Translations under genes and position numbers: made by a program | The notes under the pieces: generated by a model | Databases searched by the model: none | What the model was told of the DNA's origin: nothing | Seen by the model: only the letters and a program-made list of their open reading frames with translations | Source: Promethearchaeota archaeon | GTDB taxonomy: Archaea > Asgardarchaeota > Lokiarchaeia > Sigyniarchaeales > SOKP01 | Direction: 5' to 3' | DNA length: 64,000 nucleotides | NCBI GenBank assembly: GCA_030599585.1 | Contig: JAUVNS010000010.1 | Span: forward strand, 144,826 to 208,825 | Shown here: one piece after another, positions 34,580-45,176 of the stretch | How positions within the stretch are numbered: the first letter of the stretch is position 1 | Layout: the number at the start of each line of letters is the position of its first letter

Positions 34580-35764
34580 GTGATAATTCTAATGTTTGAT
34601 GTCGTTATATCTGGAGCAGGTCCAGCAGGCTCAAGATGTGCTCAAATTCTTGCCGAAAACGGATTTGATGTCGCTTTACTTGAAAAAGATGTAAACTGGA
34701 GAAAACCGTGTGGAGGCGCTGTCAGCTCGAGAATCTTCAAGTATTATCCCCAACTGCGAAAATTAAAGTATACTCCAATCACGGGAATGACCATATATTC
34801 TGGTGATTACCATGAAATATCTTATTCTTGGAAAGATGTTAGAGATTATTCGATAAATGTCGATCGCTTGGAATTTGATAACTTCATAAGAACAACTGCT
34901 ATAGACGCTGGAGCTCAACTTTTCGATAAAAACCTTTCCGTTGACTTTGTTACAAAAAACAAAAAAAAGATTGGAATTATTGCAAAAAGTTCTGGGGGTA
35001 CAAAAGAGTATTTAGGAAAAATCTTAATCATCGCCGATGGTATGAGCTCGAAATTAGCCCCTAAATCTGGTTTGAAAGGAAAATGGAAAATTAACGAATT
35101 AGGATTATGTAAATGTGCTATAATGGAAGGAGAAAATTCTCTAGATAAGCATTCTATGTCTATGTTTTTTCGAGCATATAAGGGGTATGGTTGGATATTT
35201 CCTATTGATGAAAAGAGGTTTAACATAGGGTGCGGCACTTGGTTAGAAGAAAATTTAACCACTAACTTAAATCAGGCTTATGAAGAGTTTTTAAATGATC
35301 CTCATATAAAGAAATTCTTTCCTAAAGTACAATATAAAGAAATCTGGAAAGGTGCATACCCTATTCCAGCGTTAGGTGTGAAAGAAAAATGTTTGTATGG
35401 AGAAAACATCATGATCATAGGAGATGCTGCTGGGTTCGTGTCTCCAATTAGTGGGGAGGGCATACATCCTAGCGTAGTATCTGGGCAGGCTTCTGCTGAA
35501 GTCGCTATTAACGCTTTGGAAAATGATGATGTATCCAAGCAGAGCTTAAAAAAATATAAGCAATATCCTAACATTAAGAAAATCATCAGAAATTTTAAGA
35601 TGAAAGTATCTATGGTTGAATTTCTTTTTGATAATAATGGTCAGAATCTTTCAAAAATGTTTGAGCTAGCAGGTACAGACGATAAAATAAGAGAAGAAGT
35701 CATTAACATGTTCTTATTTTCCATACCACCCTCGAAAGAATTACTTTTAAAAATTAAATTTTAA
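34580..35764 (+). CDS. Geranylgeranyl reductase family protein
   Basis: GAGPAG, KPCGG, ADG, GYGWIFP, GDAAGFVSPISGEGI. Confidence 0.88.
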   Translation: MIILMFDVVISGAGPAGSRCAQILAENGFDVALLEKDVNWRKPCGGAVSSRIFKYYPQLRKLKYTPITGMTIYSGDYHEISYSWKDVRDYSINVDRLEFDNFIRTTAIDAGAQLFDKNLSVDFVTKNKKKIGIIAKSSGGTKEYLGKILIIADGMSSKLAPKSGLKGKWKINELGLCKCAIMEGENSLDKHSMSMFFRAYKGYGWIFPIDEKRFNIGCGTWLEENLTTNLNQAYEEFLNDPHIKKFFPKVQYKEIWKGAYPIPALGVKEKCLYGENIMIIGDAAGFVSPISGEGIHPSVVSGQASAEVAINALENDDVSKQSLKKYKQYPNIKKIIRNFKMKVSMVEFLFDNNGQNLSKMFELAGTDDKIREEVINMFLFSIPPSKELLLKIKF

Positions 35765-35890
35765 TTTTAATACATTTTCTATTTCACAATTCTTTCTTAG
35801 ATATTTTTTAAAATATAATTTATAAACGATCGTGAATAGTCATATATACATTTTTAGCAATGATACAAAAATGTTAAGAGGTGAAATTAA

Positions 35891-36211
35891 ATGGTAATAG
35901 TTATTATGAGATTAATTCAAAGAATAGCAAATGGTAAATGGGATGATTTAGAAGAGTTTGATAAAAAATGCACTGAAATCGAGGATAAATTAGGTTATCC
36001 TCCAAAAAAACGATACCGTAGTCTATCGGGGGGTTACGAGAATAATGTAATTATCGTTGAAAGAGAGTGGCAAAGCTTATCAAAAATGGAAAAAATTATG
36101 ACAAAAGGTTTCTTAGACCCTGAATTAACAAAATTAAATAAAAAATTAGACTCAATTATCGAATGGCAAAAAACAGAATTGTATGTTCCTCATCCACCTT
36201 TTCCTGTATAA
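35891..36211 (+). CDS. Small hypothetical protein (NIPSNAP/dimeric alpha-beta barrel-like)
   Basis: GAGGTGA RBS. Pattern GKWDDL...IVEREWQSL resembles Dabb-fold proteins. Confidence 0.55.
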   Translation: MVIVIMRLIQRIANGKWDDLEEFDKKCTEIEDKLGYPPKKRYRSLSGGYENNVIIVEREWQSLSKMEKIMTKGFLDPELTKLNKKLDSIIEWQKTELYVPHPPFPV

Positions 36212-36309
36212 AGAATACTTTTAGAACTTCAATTCTCCTTCTTTCTTTTTTTTATATTGCGGTGAAATAATGTTTAAAGGGCTTCTTATATTTTTCAAAA
36301 TAAGCTACA

Positions 36310-36924
36310 ATGGAAAAACTAAAGACAAATATTCTTAAAATATTAAATTTTATACCACGACCATATTACGGGTTGTTATCAGCATTAGCGGGTATTGGTG
36401 GAGATATTATGGCTATCTCACTCTTTCCTGGTTTTGATTTGAACTACATGATAAGCGATTTAGGAACGGGTCCTGGTGCAATATTCTTCAATATCGGGAC
36501 GTTTTTATCTGGTGTTTTTGCATTATTGACATATTTACACATAGTAGAAATTCTTGAGAACGAAAATATCAATCGTCCAAAAGTGCTCAAAATAGGAAAA
36601 GTGTTTGCGATTAATTCGTGCGTGTTTTTTGCTTTGATTGGTGTTATTCCTTCGGTTAGAAGTAATATAATACTTTTTGCTGTTCACGGAGCAATTGCGT
36701 TAATTAGTTTAATAAGTGGTATTATTTATTTAAGCTGTTTTAGCTATCTTTTCTTTAAAAGTGAAGAATTTTCAGGGCTTGTGGGGTATTTACCATTAAT
36801 CGCAGTAATTTGTATAGCCCCTTTTTTGTTCTCATGGCACCCAGTAACAGAATGGATTATGACGGTTGGCATTACATTTTGGGTTGTTGCAATTTCAATT
36901 TACATGCTTCATCATAAAATATAG
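36310..36924 (+). CDS. DUF998 family membrane protein
   Basis: ISDLG..FN, GVIP..HG, five TMs, EW near the last TM. Confidence 0.7.
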   Translation: MEKLKTNILKILNFIPRPYYGLLSALAGIGGDIMAISLFPGFDLNYMISDLGTGPGAIFFNIGTFLSGVFALLTYLHIVEILENENINRPKVLKIGKVFAINSCVFFALIGVIPSVRSNIILFAVHGAIALISLISGIIYLSCFSYLFFKSEEFSGLVGYLPLIAVICIAPFLFSWHPVTEWIMTVGITFWVVAISIYMLHHKI

Positions 36925-37001
36925 TTCTTTTTCTCAAGGCAACTTTTTCTCGTTTTACTTTTTAAAATAGTATTAAAACGATATTTAATAAGTTTAAGAT
37001 A

Positions 37002-37943
37002 ATGTCCGATTTAATTGGATACATTTTAACACTTGACGCTTTATTCACGTGGGGCATGGCCTCATTAGTTTACAAATTCAGTTTGAGAAAAATTGAATCA
37101 AAACCAGGAGTTCTTTTTAGGTTAATATTTGTATCGTGCTCAACTTTTATTTTTGCCCTTATCTTCGGTACTTTCTCGTTCCTTCCCTTATTGAGTTCGC
37201 AAAATTTAGTAAGCTATATATTTGCATGTGTAATTTCAGGGTTATCTGTCACAATAGGAGATTTGCTTTATTTCGCTTCTTTAAAAAAAATTGACGCCTC
37301 TCGAGCTTTTCCGCTAACGCAGTTAAGTTTAATCTTTGTCTATCCTTTTGCGTTTATAATTTTTGGTGAAGAATTGAAACTTTCTATATTACTTGGCGGT
37401 GCACTGATCATTTTGAGTGCTTTTGTTTTAAGCACTAAAGATAAAGATAAAAAAAAGATTAATGAAAATGGTTCAGAAAAGAAAAGCCAATCTTCAGAGA
37501 AAATGATTATTGGGGTTCTATTAGCCATTGGTTCCGCAATCCTCTGGGGTCTTTCTATAGTTGCATTTAATCAAGCAAGAATTATTTCCAACGATGTGTT
37601 CGTTACAAATTTTATCAGGATATTTTTTGGTGCGATATTTTTTATCGTACTTGGTATTTTTCAGAAAGATTATTATGCGGGTTTTTATAAGAAAAACCGT
37701 AAGGTTATAAAATATTTCATTTATATTGGAATAGCAGGTTCTCTTTCTTTAGGATTAGCAGATACCCTTTTTTATAAAGCAGTAGAAATAAATGGGCTAA
37801 TTCTGACGTCAACATTTACAGCTAATACGCCAATGGTACAACAAGTTCTATCTATCTTGATTTTAAAGGAGAAATTTCGCAAACGATTTATTTTTGCAGT
37901 TGGATTAATCATCGTAGGCAATTACATTATATTATTCTTATAA
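37002..37943 (+). CDS. DMT/EamA family transporter
   Basis: Two EamA repeats, 10 TMs, GEEL and LKEK loop motifs. Confidence 0.88.
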   Translation: MSDLIGYILTLDALFTWGMASLVYKFSLRKIESKPGVLFRLIFVSCSTFIFALIFGTFSFLPLLSSQNLVSYIFACVISGLSVTIGDLLYFASLKKIDASRAFPLTQLSLIFVYPFAFIIFGEELKLSILLGGALIILSAFVLSTKDKDKKKINENGSEKKSQSSEKMIIGVLLAIGSAILWGLSIVAFNQARIISNDVFVTNFIRIFFGAIFFIVLGIFQKDYYAGFYKKNRKVIKYFIYIGIAGSLSLGLADTLFYKAVEINGLILTSTFTANTPMVQQVLSILILKEKFRKRFIFAVGLIIVGNYIILFL

Positions 37944-38189
37944 CGCATTATTCTCTCCTTTACAATAATAATATACTTAACGAAATGACTAAATCAATAA
38001 ATAAAAAAATCACGCTTTAATGGGCTATAAGTGGGAACAATTTTCCACTTTCAAAAATTAAGTAAATTAATTAATTTACATACATTTCTACAAAAATATT
38101 TCAGTAATTACAGAATTAGTAAGGACTCGAAAAATTAAAATGCTAATTAACATTACCTTGAAACAATCAGATTCAAAACTTGTTTTACT

Positions 38190-38723
38190 ATGAGAAATAT
38201 CAAAATAGCCTTAAGAATTAAGCCTCAGCTAATTACTTTTGGTATAATAACTGTAATTTACGCCATATTATCTTTTTTTAGTCCATTTGATGCATTTACG
38301 ACGCTAATCATTTTTGTATTAATAGCTTTAATGAGTTATTCGTTAGCTAATATAATTTTTAGTCTCGCACCGGGATTTATGAGTGCTTCAGAAAGGATCA
38401 TGAATATCTTGCATTCAACTGTTATCTTTTTACTTACATCAATATCATTAATACTTTCCATGGAAAAATCCATGTTTAGCATAGAAGTAGTTATGAGCTT
38501 CTTAATAATAAGTTTTTTCGTAATTGGGGGGGTGTATATTGTGTTTGGATTAATAAACACAGGATTCCCTAAACGGTTTCGCCTTGTTAATTTTTTTCTC
38601 GGCTTTATTACCATAATATTATCACTAATTGCTCTCATATTCCCTCTTTTAGGATACTTATTACTAACTATAGTCATGACTTCTCTTACGGTTATTAAGA
38701 AGGCTTTCGAAGTAGATTCTTAG
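38190..38723 (+). CDS. Multi-pass membrane protein (HdeD/DUF308-like)
   Basis: About six hydrophobic helices. Shares an R..N..G..TI pattern with the next gene. Confidence 0.55.
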   Translation: MRNIKIALRIKPQLITFGIITVIYAILSFFSPFDAFTTLIIFVLIALMSYSLANIIFSLAPGFMSASERIMNILHSTVIFLLTSISLILSMEKSMFSIEVVMSFLIISFFVIGGVYIVFGLINTGFPKRFRLVNFFLGFITIILSLIALIFPLLGYLLLTIVMTSLTVIKKAFEVDS

Positions 38724-39448
38724 TGCGAAAGAAAAATATTACAACAAAAGTTATAAGTATACTTACTCATATATTTCATAAATATCAAAGTGATTCTATT
38801 ATGGATTATCATTCTTTTATGAACAAACGGAAGTTATTAGTTAACAATATTGTTGGCGGGGCTATAATTAGTGTGATTTTCGCACAATTAATGTTTTTTA
38901 GATTAATTGCTATTTTATCAATAGTGGTTTATCCTATGTCAATAGCATTACCTTATGGGATTTACAGAGTCTACAAAACGATTACTGATCACGAAGTAGC
39001 TCTTCGAGCAAAGATCATAAGAGTAGCCTTTCAAATAGCATATATCATTTTTTCAATGCTCTTCTTAAACATGATTTTTTCATATCCTCATATAACTTTG
39101 AGTTATATTATTTATTTTTTAGCTATACCAACTTTACTTATAGGACTGGCTGGATTTTTAAAAGGGTCGATGATCGGAGTATATTCTCCATCCCTCCGAT
39201 TCTTAAATACGATGGTTGGCTTGTTTACAATTTTCTATACTTTTATTGCGATTGTGTTTGCCGATTTCAATTTTATACTCCATTTTATCGTTTTGCTAGG
39301 AGCATTGAGTGTTAATGGTATTCTAAGAGCGGCTCTGTATCTAAGTGAATATGGGTTATCGCTAAACGAGTTGAAAAGTTTTAAAATTGTTTTCTACATA
39401 ATGGATACTAATCTGACTATAAGGAACATAGAAGAAAGCCAATTTTAA
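38723..39448 (+). CDS. Multi-pass membrane protein, possible paralog of the upstream gene; true start may be ATG at 38799 or later
   Basis: About six TMs. LRFLNTMVGLFTI resembles FRLVNFFLGFITI of the upstream gene. Confidence 0.55.
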   Translation: MRKKNITTKVISILTHIFHKYQSDSIMDYHSFMNKRKLLVNNIVGGAIISVIFAQLMFFRLIAILSIVVYPMSIALPYGIYRVYKTITDHEVALRAKIIRVAFQIAYIIFSMLFLNMIFSYPHITLSYIIYFLAIPTLLIGLAGFLKGSMIGVYSPSLRFLNTMVGLFTIFYTFIAIVFADFNFILHFIVLLGALSVNGILRAALYLSEYGLSLNELKSFKIVFYIMDTNLTIRNIEESQF

Positions 39449-39576
39449 TTTTTTTACTTCTTTTTATTACTTTTAATGAAATAAATTAGCAAAATAAAAC
39501 ATTATAACTTAAAGTTTCATTAATAATAATTATAAAAATCATTATAACTCTATATATCAATTCTGTTGATTAAATA

Positions 39577-40689
39577 ATGACTGAATTACACTTTAATAAA
39601 GAAAAAGGTTCTCAAATAAAACTATTCACCCCCGGACCAATTAATATTCCTGAAAGGATATTAAAAGAAATGGCAAAACCAAACGATACCCATAGGTCAA
39701 AACCATACACAGAGATGCATCAACTTGTAGAAGAAGGACTAAAGAAAATTATGTATACTTCTAACACTTGCTTAATTTCTACATCGAGTGCTACAGGATT
39801 AATGGAAGCTTGTGTAAGAAATTTAGTCAAAAGCGACGAAAAGGCTCTATTTCTTTCAATTGGCGCGTTTGGAGATCGCTGGTATAAAATAGGTGTTGCA
39901 AATGGGAAAACTTCCGTAAAGGAAGGCGTCGAATGGGGAAAAGCAATAACTCCAGAAGTTGCCCAAGAGGTTCTAAGCAAAGATAAATATGCAGTAGTTT
40001 TTATTCAATCTAATGAGACATCCACAGGAGTTTATAATCCAATCGATGAAGTTATTCCCATCATTAAAGATTCTGGGGCTCTTGTATGCGTTGATGCGAC
40101 TTCCTCCTTGGCAGGTATTAAAATAGAGGTTGAAAAATTAGGAATAGATGTTTGCTTAGCTTCGGTTCAAAAAGCTTTCACAATTCCACCCGGATTAGCA
40201 GTGTGTTCCATATCTCAAGCAGCTATTGAAAAGTTTCCACAAGTTAAGAATAGAGGATTTTACTTTGATTTCAATGATCTACTAAAACGAGCTGAGAAGC
40301 ATCAAACACCATCTACACCTCCTATCCCACAAATTAGGGCTTTAGCTGCTCAAATTGATCATATCTTGAATCAAGAAGGCTTAGAAAATAGATTTGAAAG
40401 ACATGCAAGACTTGGTAAAAGAACTAGGGAATGGGCAAAGGATACTCATTTTGAAATGTTTCCAGAAAAAGGATACGAATCAAATACCGTCTCTACTATG
40501 AAAAATTCTTTAAATATCGATATTGCAAAGATGGTTTCAACGCTTTTAGAAAACGGGTATAGAATAGTAAACGGGTATGGTGACTTGAAAAACAAGACAT
40601 TCCGTATTGGCCATATGGGTGAAGTTACTATAAAAGATCTTGATGAGATGTTAAACGTTCTATCAGATATCGTATCTGATTTAAAATAA
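39577..40689 (+). CDS. Class V PLP aminotransferase (serine-pyruvate/phosphoserine aminotransferase-like)
   Basis: LFTPGP, HRS, NETSTGV, VDATSS, ASVQKA (PLP Lys), FRIGHMG. Confidence 0.9.
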   Translation: MTELHFNKEKGSQIKLFTPGPINIPERILKEMAKPNDTHRSKPYTEMHQLVEEGLKKIMYTSNTCLISTSSATGLMEACVRNLVKSDEKALFLSIGAFGDRWYKIGVANGKTSVKEGVEWGKAITPEVAQEVLSKDKYAVVFIQSNETSTGVYNPIDEVIPIIKDSGALVCVDATSSLAGIKIEVEKLGIDVCLASVQKAFTIPPGLAVCSISQAAIEKFPQVKNRGFYFDFNDLLKRAEKHQTPSTPPIPQIRALAAQIDHILNQEGLENRFERHARLGKRTREWAKDTHFEMFPEKGYESNTVSTMKNSLNIDIAKMVSTLLENGYRIVNGYGDLKNKTFRIGHMGEVTIKDLDEMLNVLSDIVSDLK

Positions 40690-40839
40690 ATCTACTTACA
40701 GTTAGAAAAGAAGTTAGTCTTTTCTTTTTTTTTTATTATTACTAGGTAACAATTGTAAAAATTATTTACTAGGACCACCAAAAATTCTTTTATATATTAG
40801 TTGATTAGACATATTATTCTATAATTAAAATCACAAGAA

Positions 40840-41781
40840 GTGAATTGTTTGAAAATTTTGATTAGTGACAAACTTCAAGAGGAAGGAGTGAAAATCTTTC
40901 AAGATTATGGGTTTGAGGTCGTTACGAATTTCGAGATAACCAACGACCAGCTAAAGAAAGAGATTGGTAACTACGATGGAATAGTAGTTCGTTCCCGAAC
41001 CAAATTGACTGCAGATGTTTTGGAAAACGCAAAAAATCTTAAAGCCATTGGTAGAGCTGGAGTAGGGTTAGACAATATAGATAGAAAGAAAGCCGCAGAA
41101 TTAAACATAGAAGTCTTAAACACACCGGATGCGCCTTCTGTTTCTGTCGCAGAGTTAGCGTTAGGTCTAATGTTCACTTTAGCTCGACACATCTCAAATG
41201 CTGATCGAACCATGCATCTTGAAGAGTGGAATAAAAAACAATACTTAGGGTATACATTAAAAGGGAAGAGACTTGGGCTGATCGGATTTGGAAACATAGC
41301 GAAGGAATTAGCCAAGAGGGCGGTAGCCCTAGGCATGGAAGTGGGTGTATTTTCAAGATTTAGTAAAGGCCCAGCGGCTGTAGAAGAAGCTAAAAACATC
41401 GGATGTAAAATTTATACTTCCATTGAGGAATTACTGCAAGACGCTCGAGTAATTTCATTACATTTACCTGCAACACCCCAAACAGAAAATATTATTAATG
41501 AGAATAATATTAAATTAATGAAAAAAGAAGCTATTCTAATTAATACTGCCAGAGGAAAACTCGTTGACGAAAAAGCTCTAATAAAAGCGTTAGAAAATAA
41601 AGACATAGCTGGTGCAGCCTTAGATGTTTATAGAGAAGAACCACTGAAAGATAAGGAATTATGTCAGTGTAAAGGAAATTTAATTCTTACGCCCCATATT
41701 GGAGCCCAAACTAAAGAAACTCAGGTAGATGCCGCCACCAAAATTGCTGAAAAAATGTCGAGCTTCTTAAAAAGTCTCTAG
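40840..41781 (+). CDS. serA: D-3-phosphoglycerate dehydrogenase (short form, no ACT domain)
   Basis: VRSRTK, RAGVGLDNID, GLIGFGNI, INTARG, ALDVY.EEP, TPHIGAQT. Confidence 0.85.
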   Translation: MNCLKILISDKLQEEGVKIFQDYGFEVVTNFEITNDQLKKEIGNYDGIVVRSRTKLTADVLENAKNLKAIGRAGVGLDNIDRKKAAELNIEVLNTPDAPSVSVAELALGLMFTLARHISNADRTMHLEEWNKKQYLGYTLKGKRLGLIGFGNIAKELAKRAVALGMEVGVFSRFSKGPAAVEEAKNIGCKIYTSIEELLQDARVISLHLPATPQTENIINENNIKLMKKEAILINTARGKLVDEKALIKALENKDIAGAALDVYREEPLKDKELCQCKGNLILTPHIGAQTKETQVDAATKIAEKMSSFLKSL

Positions 41782-41783
41782 AG

Positions 41784-43817
41784 TTAAATTTTGGTAATCT
41801 TGACGATAGTGGAGAAGTACGCTCCCGAACGTCTTGATTCCTCTGAAGTCTCAGGGGTGAAAATATTAACGTTCTTGTAATCTGAGTCAGTGAAAGGAAG
41901 TCCAGAATAAATCAAGGCTGTCCCGGGTTTTAAATCAGAATTCTCCTCCAAAATGTATTTCGCTTCACCAAATTTGTTAGAAACTAGCACCTTTTCGTGT
42001 GGTTTTAGCCCGATTGATTCAATATCATAGGGATTTAAAAAGATTTTACCGAAAACACTCTCGAATTCTCCATGTATTTCGCCCATTTGAGAGTGTATGA
42101 AATATTTATGTGATTGTGAAAGCAAATAGAATTCATCATCCTTTCTCTTAAGAACTAAATCTAAATTTTGGTCAAAAATTTCGATATCGGTTTGATGAAT
42201 TTGAATTTTACCATTTGAAGTTGGAAATATTAAGTCATTGTAAGGAACATAATTGATATCAAAAGGTATGTAATATCCTTTAGTTCTGAGAGGTTCCTGA
42301 ATGGATTTAGGCAATAATTCACAACAATTTTTAAAAATGTCTTTTTGAGTTTCTTGAAAAATAGAATCGTCTTGCCATCCTATTTTTTCTGCTAAGCGTT
42401 GAAAAAACTCATAATTGGAACTGCATTCCGGATATGGGCAAGGGCCTCCTTGATTTATGGATATGCCAGGGACAAAATATGGTGTCATTAAATCATCGGT
42501 TTCAAGATCGAATTTTACAGGTATGACAATATCTGCAAATTTAGTTGTCTCGTTCAAAAACATATCTAACACAACGGTATACAAATCTTCTCTCAGTAAA
42601 GATTTTTCAAGAATATTTTGATTTGGGAGAGAACTCATGGGATTAACATTATATACAAATAACATTTTATATTTGTTGGAACTTAAAGAAGACCCAAGAT
42701 TAATAAGGGGAATCCTCTTATTTTGTGAAGTGCTATCTGACATGGTTAAATAATCGATAAGGGGTCTCTTAAAATCTTGGTTAAAGCCACTTTGAGAAAA
42801 AAGGAATCCAGCTCCTTGATGTCCAAAATTTCCAAGGAATATTTGAATTAAAGCGATGGAATTTAGATTTCTTCCCCCATAAAAATATTTTTGGGGCCCA
42901 AATCCTACGATGAAAAGAGTTCTTTGTTTGTTATCTATAAGGAGATTTATAAATTCGGTCAAGTTTTTACGAATAAGACCAGTTTGATGGAAAATTTTAT
43001 CTTCATCGATTTTTTTAACTTCGTCGACTAGATTGGTGTAATTATCGACATACTGGCTTATAAATTGTTCATCATTTGCTCCTAAAGATACTATCTTATT
43101 TAAAACATATTTTGCAATCAGAAAATCAGTACCAGGGTATGGTTGTAGAAACATATCAGCGCTTTCTGCTAATTTAGTTCTTACTGGATTCACTACGATT
43201 AGTTTTGAACCATTCTTAATTGCTTTTTTAACTAGGAAGTGGGCGTGATTATTTCGATCCGCTAGATTACTCCCCCATACTACAATTAAACGATTATTGG
43301 GGTTAGCTATTTGAAATGGATTTGTGGTAGAATAGTTCCCGAACATTCTTCCTAGCGCGAAACATCCTGCTTCATTACAGGTACCTTCACTTGTTATGGT
43401 TGCTCCAAGTTTAAGAAAAAATCGAAATGGAGAATACATAGAAATCAAACCAGTATTTCCAGCATAGTAAGCTACCACAATAGAAGAAGATTTATATTTT
43501 TCCTTAACGGTGGTAAGCTGAGTAGAGATAAGATTTAACGCTTCTTCAATACTGACAGATGTAAAGGAATTTGAACCTTTAGAGCCTGACCGTATCAATG
43601 CTGTTTTTATTCGCTCAGGATGATAAAGCAGTTTTTCTCTGTTATTTAACTTCGGACAGAAAAAACCGTTAGTAAAAGGATGCTCCTTTAAAGGTTTAGC
43701 GGCTAAAAGTTTCTTCTCGGGAGCTTGATCGTTCCACTCTCCTATAAATACACATGACCCATAACAATCTTTGGAGCAAGTTCCATACCTTTTTTTTGTT
43801 TCAAAATTATTACTCAA
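41784..43817 (-). CDS. Molybdopterin (bis-MGD) oxidoreductase, stand-alone
   Basis: CSKDCYGSC...CPK 4Fe-4S motif, TC ligand, WGSN, ADIVIP, C-terminal molydop-binding domain. Confidence 0.85.
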   Translation of the reverse strand: MSNNFETKKRYGTCSKDCYGSCVFIGEWNDQAPEKKLLAAKPLKEHPFTNGFFCPKLNNREKLLYHPERIKTALIRSGSKGSNSFTSVSIEEALNLISTQLTTVKEKYKSSSIVVAYYAGNTGLISMYSPFRFFLKLGATITSEGTCNEAGCFALGRMFGNYSTTNPFQIANPNNRLIVVWGSNLADRNNHAHFLVKKAIKNGSKLIVVNPVRTKLAESADMFLQPYPGTDFLIAKYVLNKIVSLGANDEQFISQYVDNYTNLVDEVKKIDEDKIFHQTGLIRKNLTEFINLLIDNKQRTLFIVGFGPQKYFYGGRNLNSIALIQIFLGNFGHQGAGFLFSQSGFNQDFKRPLIDYLTMSDSTSQNKRIPLINLGSSLSSNKYKMLFVYNVNPMSSLPNQNILEKSLLREDLYTVVLDMFLNETTKFADIVIPVKFDLETDDLMTPYFVPGISINQGGPCPYPECSSNYEFFQRLAEKIGWQDDSIFQETQKDIFKNCCELLPKSIQEPLRTKGYYIPFDINYVPYNDLIFPTSNGKIQIHQTDIEIFDQNLDLVLKRKDDEFYLLSQSHKYFIHSQMGEIHGEFESVFGKIFLNPYDIESIGLKPHEKVLVSNKFGEAKYILEENSDLKPGTALIYSGLPFTDSDYKNVNIFTPETSEESRRSGAYFSTIVKITKI

Positions 43818-43848
43818 ACTTTTAAGCGCCTGACTTATAGATTTTTGG

Positions 43849-45051
43849 TCACTCTTCTCGTAAATCGTGTAGCACTAAACCAGATAAAAGCTTAGGATCA
43901 AACCAGGTTGATTTTGGAGGCATCACCCTTCCAGAATCAGCAATTGACTCCAAATCCTTTATATTAACAGGATAAAGATTGAAAAATACATCGTTACCTT
44001 TTTCAGTTGTATACTCTTCCATGGTATTTGGATCTTGTAATCCCCCAACAAAGAAGATGTTATCATCAGCACGAATGTTGATAATCCTTAATATTGGGCC
44101 CAAAACTTTATCTTGAAGAATAGCTACATCCAAGCTGTCCCGTTTTGAGTCAAAAGTTTTCTCTTTAGTTTCTAACTTATACCATTTTCCTTTTATGCAG
44201 AGTGCAGTTTGATTTTTTCTATTTGGATTAAAAGCTGTTTTAACCTTTTTAATGTAATAAATATCCTCCAACCTTCTTAAAAACTCTTCCTTACCATCTT
44301 TTAATCTTTTAATAACCCGGTTATAAGGAAGAATTCGAATCTGGTCGTCTGAGGCAACATAAGATAATAAAAATTGCCAAGGAGAATTAGAGTTTTCATT
44401 TTCATTGGAGTTTTCCATTTGAATTTTACGATACTCTGCTGCACTTGCTGCTCGGTGGTGCCCATCAGCGATATAGACTTTTTTATCTTTAAAGAGAACA
44501 GATAATCTGTCAATAATATTAAGTTCTGTTTCCTGCCAAAGTATGTGGCGATAACCATATTTATTGAAGTCAAATTTAGGTTTCTTTTGTTTAATCTGTT
44601 CGATTACATTATTAATTTCAATATCATGACGAAAAACTGACCATACGAGCCCCGCTGCTACATTAGAAGTTGTAATATGCTTAGTTCGATCTTTTAGTGG
44701 TTTCACTCGAGTATATTCGTGTTTAACTATGTTGTTTTCTTCATAATCTTGAAGTGCAATTCCCATAATTAACCCTTCTTGACTAAAATGAGGTGATTCT
44801 TGACGGTAAACAAAAATACTTGGTTTATCTTCTCGACTAATAAGATTTGATGCTTTAAAATTTATATACGCATTTAAGGCATTATTATAGATGTCCTCTC
44901 CTTCACCATCTGGTAAGATTAGGTGAATCAACGAATTCAAGTTTTGTTTTAATTCTTTTTCTTCTACTTTTCCAATGACATCATATGGATTTGTAGTGAA
45001 ATCACTTGGATTATTAGGGCAATAAGGACGGAGAGCTGATATTCTGACCAT
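43849..45051 (-). CDS. DUF1015 family protein
   Basis: PYDVI, KHE.T, YIADGHHR, PYNRV, MPPKSTWFDPKLLSGL. Confidence 0.88.
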   Translation of the reverse strand: MVRISALRPYCPNNPSDFTTNPYDVIGKVEEKELKQNLNSLIHLILPDGEGEDIYNNALNAYINFKASNLISREDKPSIFVYRQESPHFSQEGLIMGIALQDYEENNIVKHEYTRVKPLKDRTKHITTSNVAAGLVWSVFRHDIEINNVIEQIKQKKPKFDFNKYGYRHILWQETELNIIDRLSVLFKDKKVYIADGHHRAASAAEYRKIQMENSNENENSNSPWQFLLSYVASDDQIRILPYNRVIKRLKDGKEEFLRRLEDIYYIKKVKTAFNPNRKNQTALCIKGKWYKLETKEKTFDSKRDSLDVAILQDKVLGPILRIINIRADDNIFFVGGLQDPNTMEEYTTEKGNDVFFNLYPVNIKDLESIADSGRVMPPKSTWFDPKLLSGLVLHDLREE

Positions 45052-45176
45052 AATTTTTAATATTTTTTTTTATTTATATATTTATTTAATATTAACTTAA
45101 ATTAGTTTCTATTACCTTAGAACTCTAAGAATTACATTACTTATGTAAAAATAGAGATAAGAAATTAGAGCCGAAA

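Noticed and set aside
41784-43817. Possible selenocysteine in the molybdoenzyme
   Set aside because: No in-frame TGA. The likely metal ligand is an ordinary Cys (TCNEAG).
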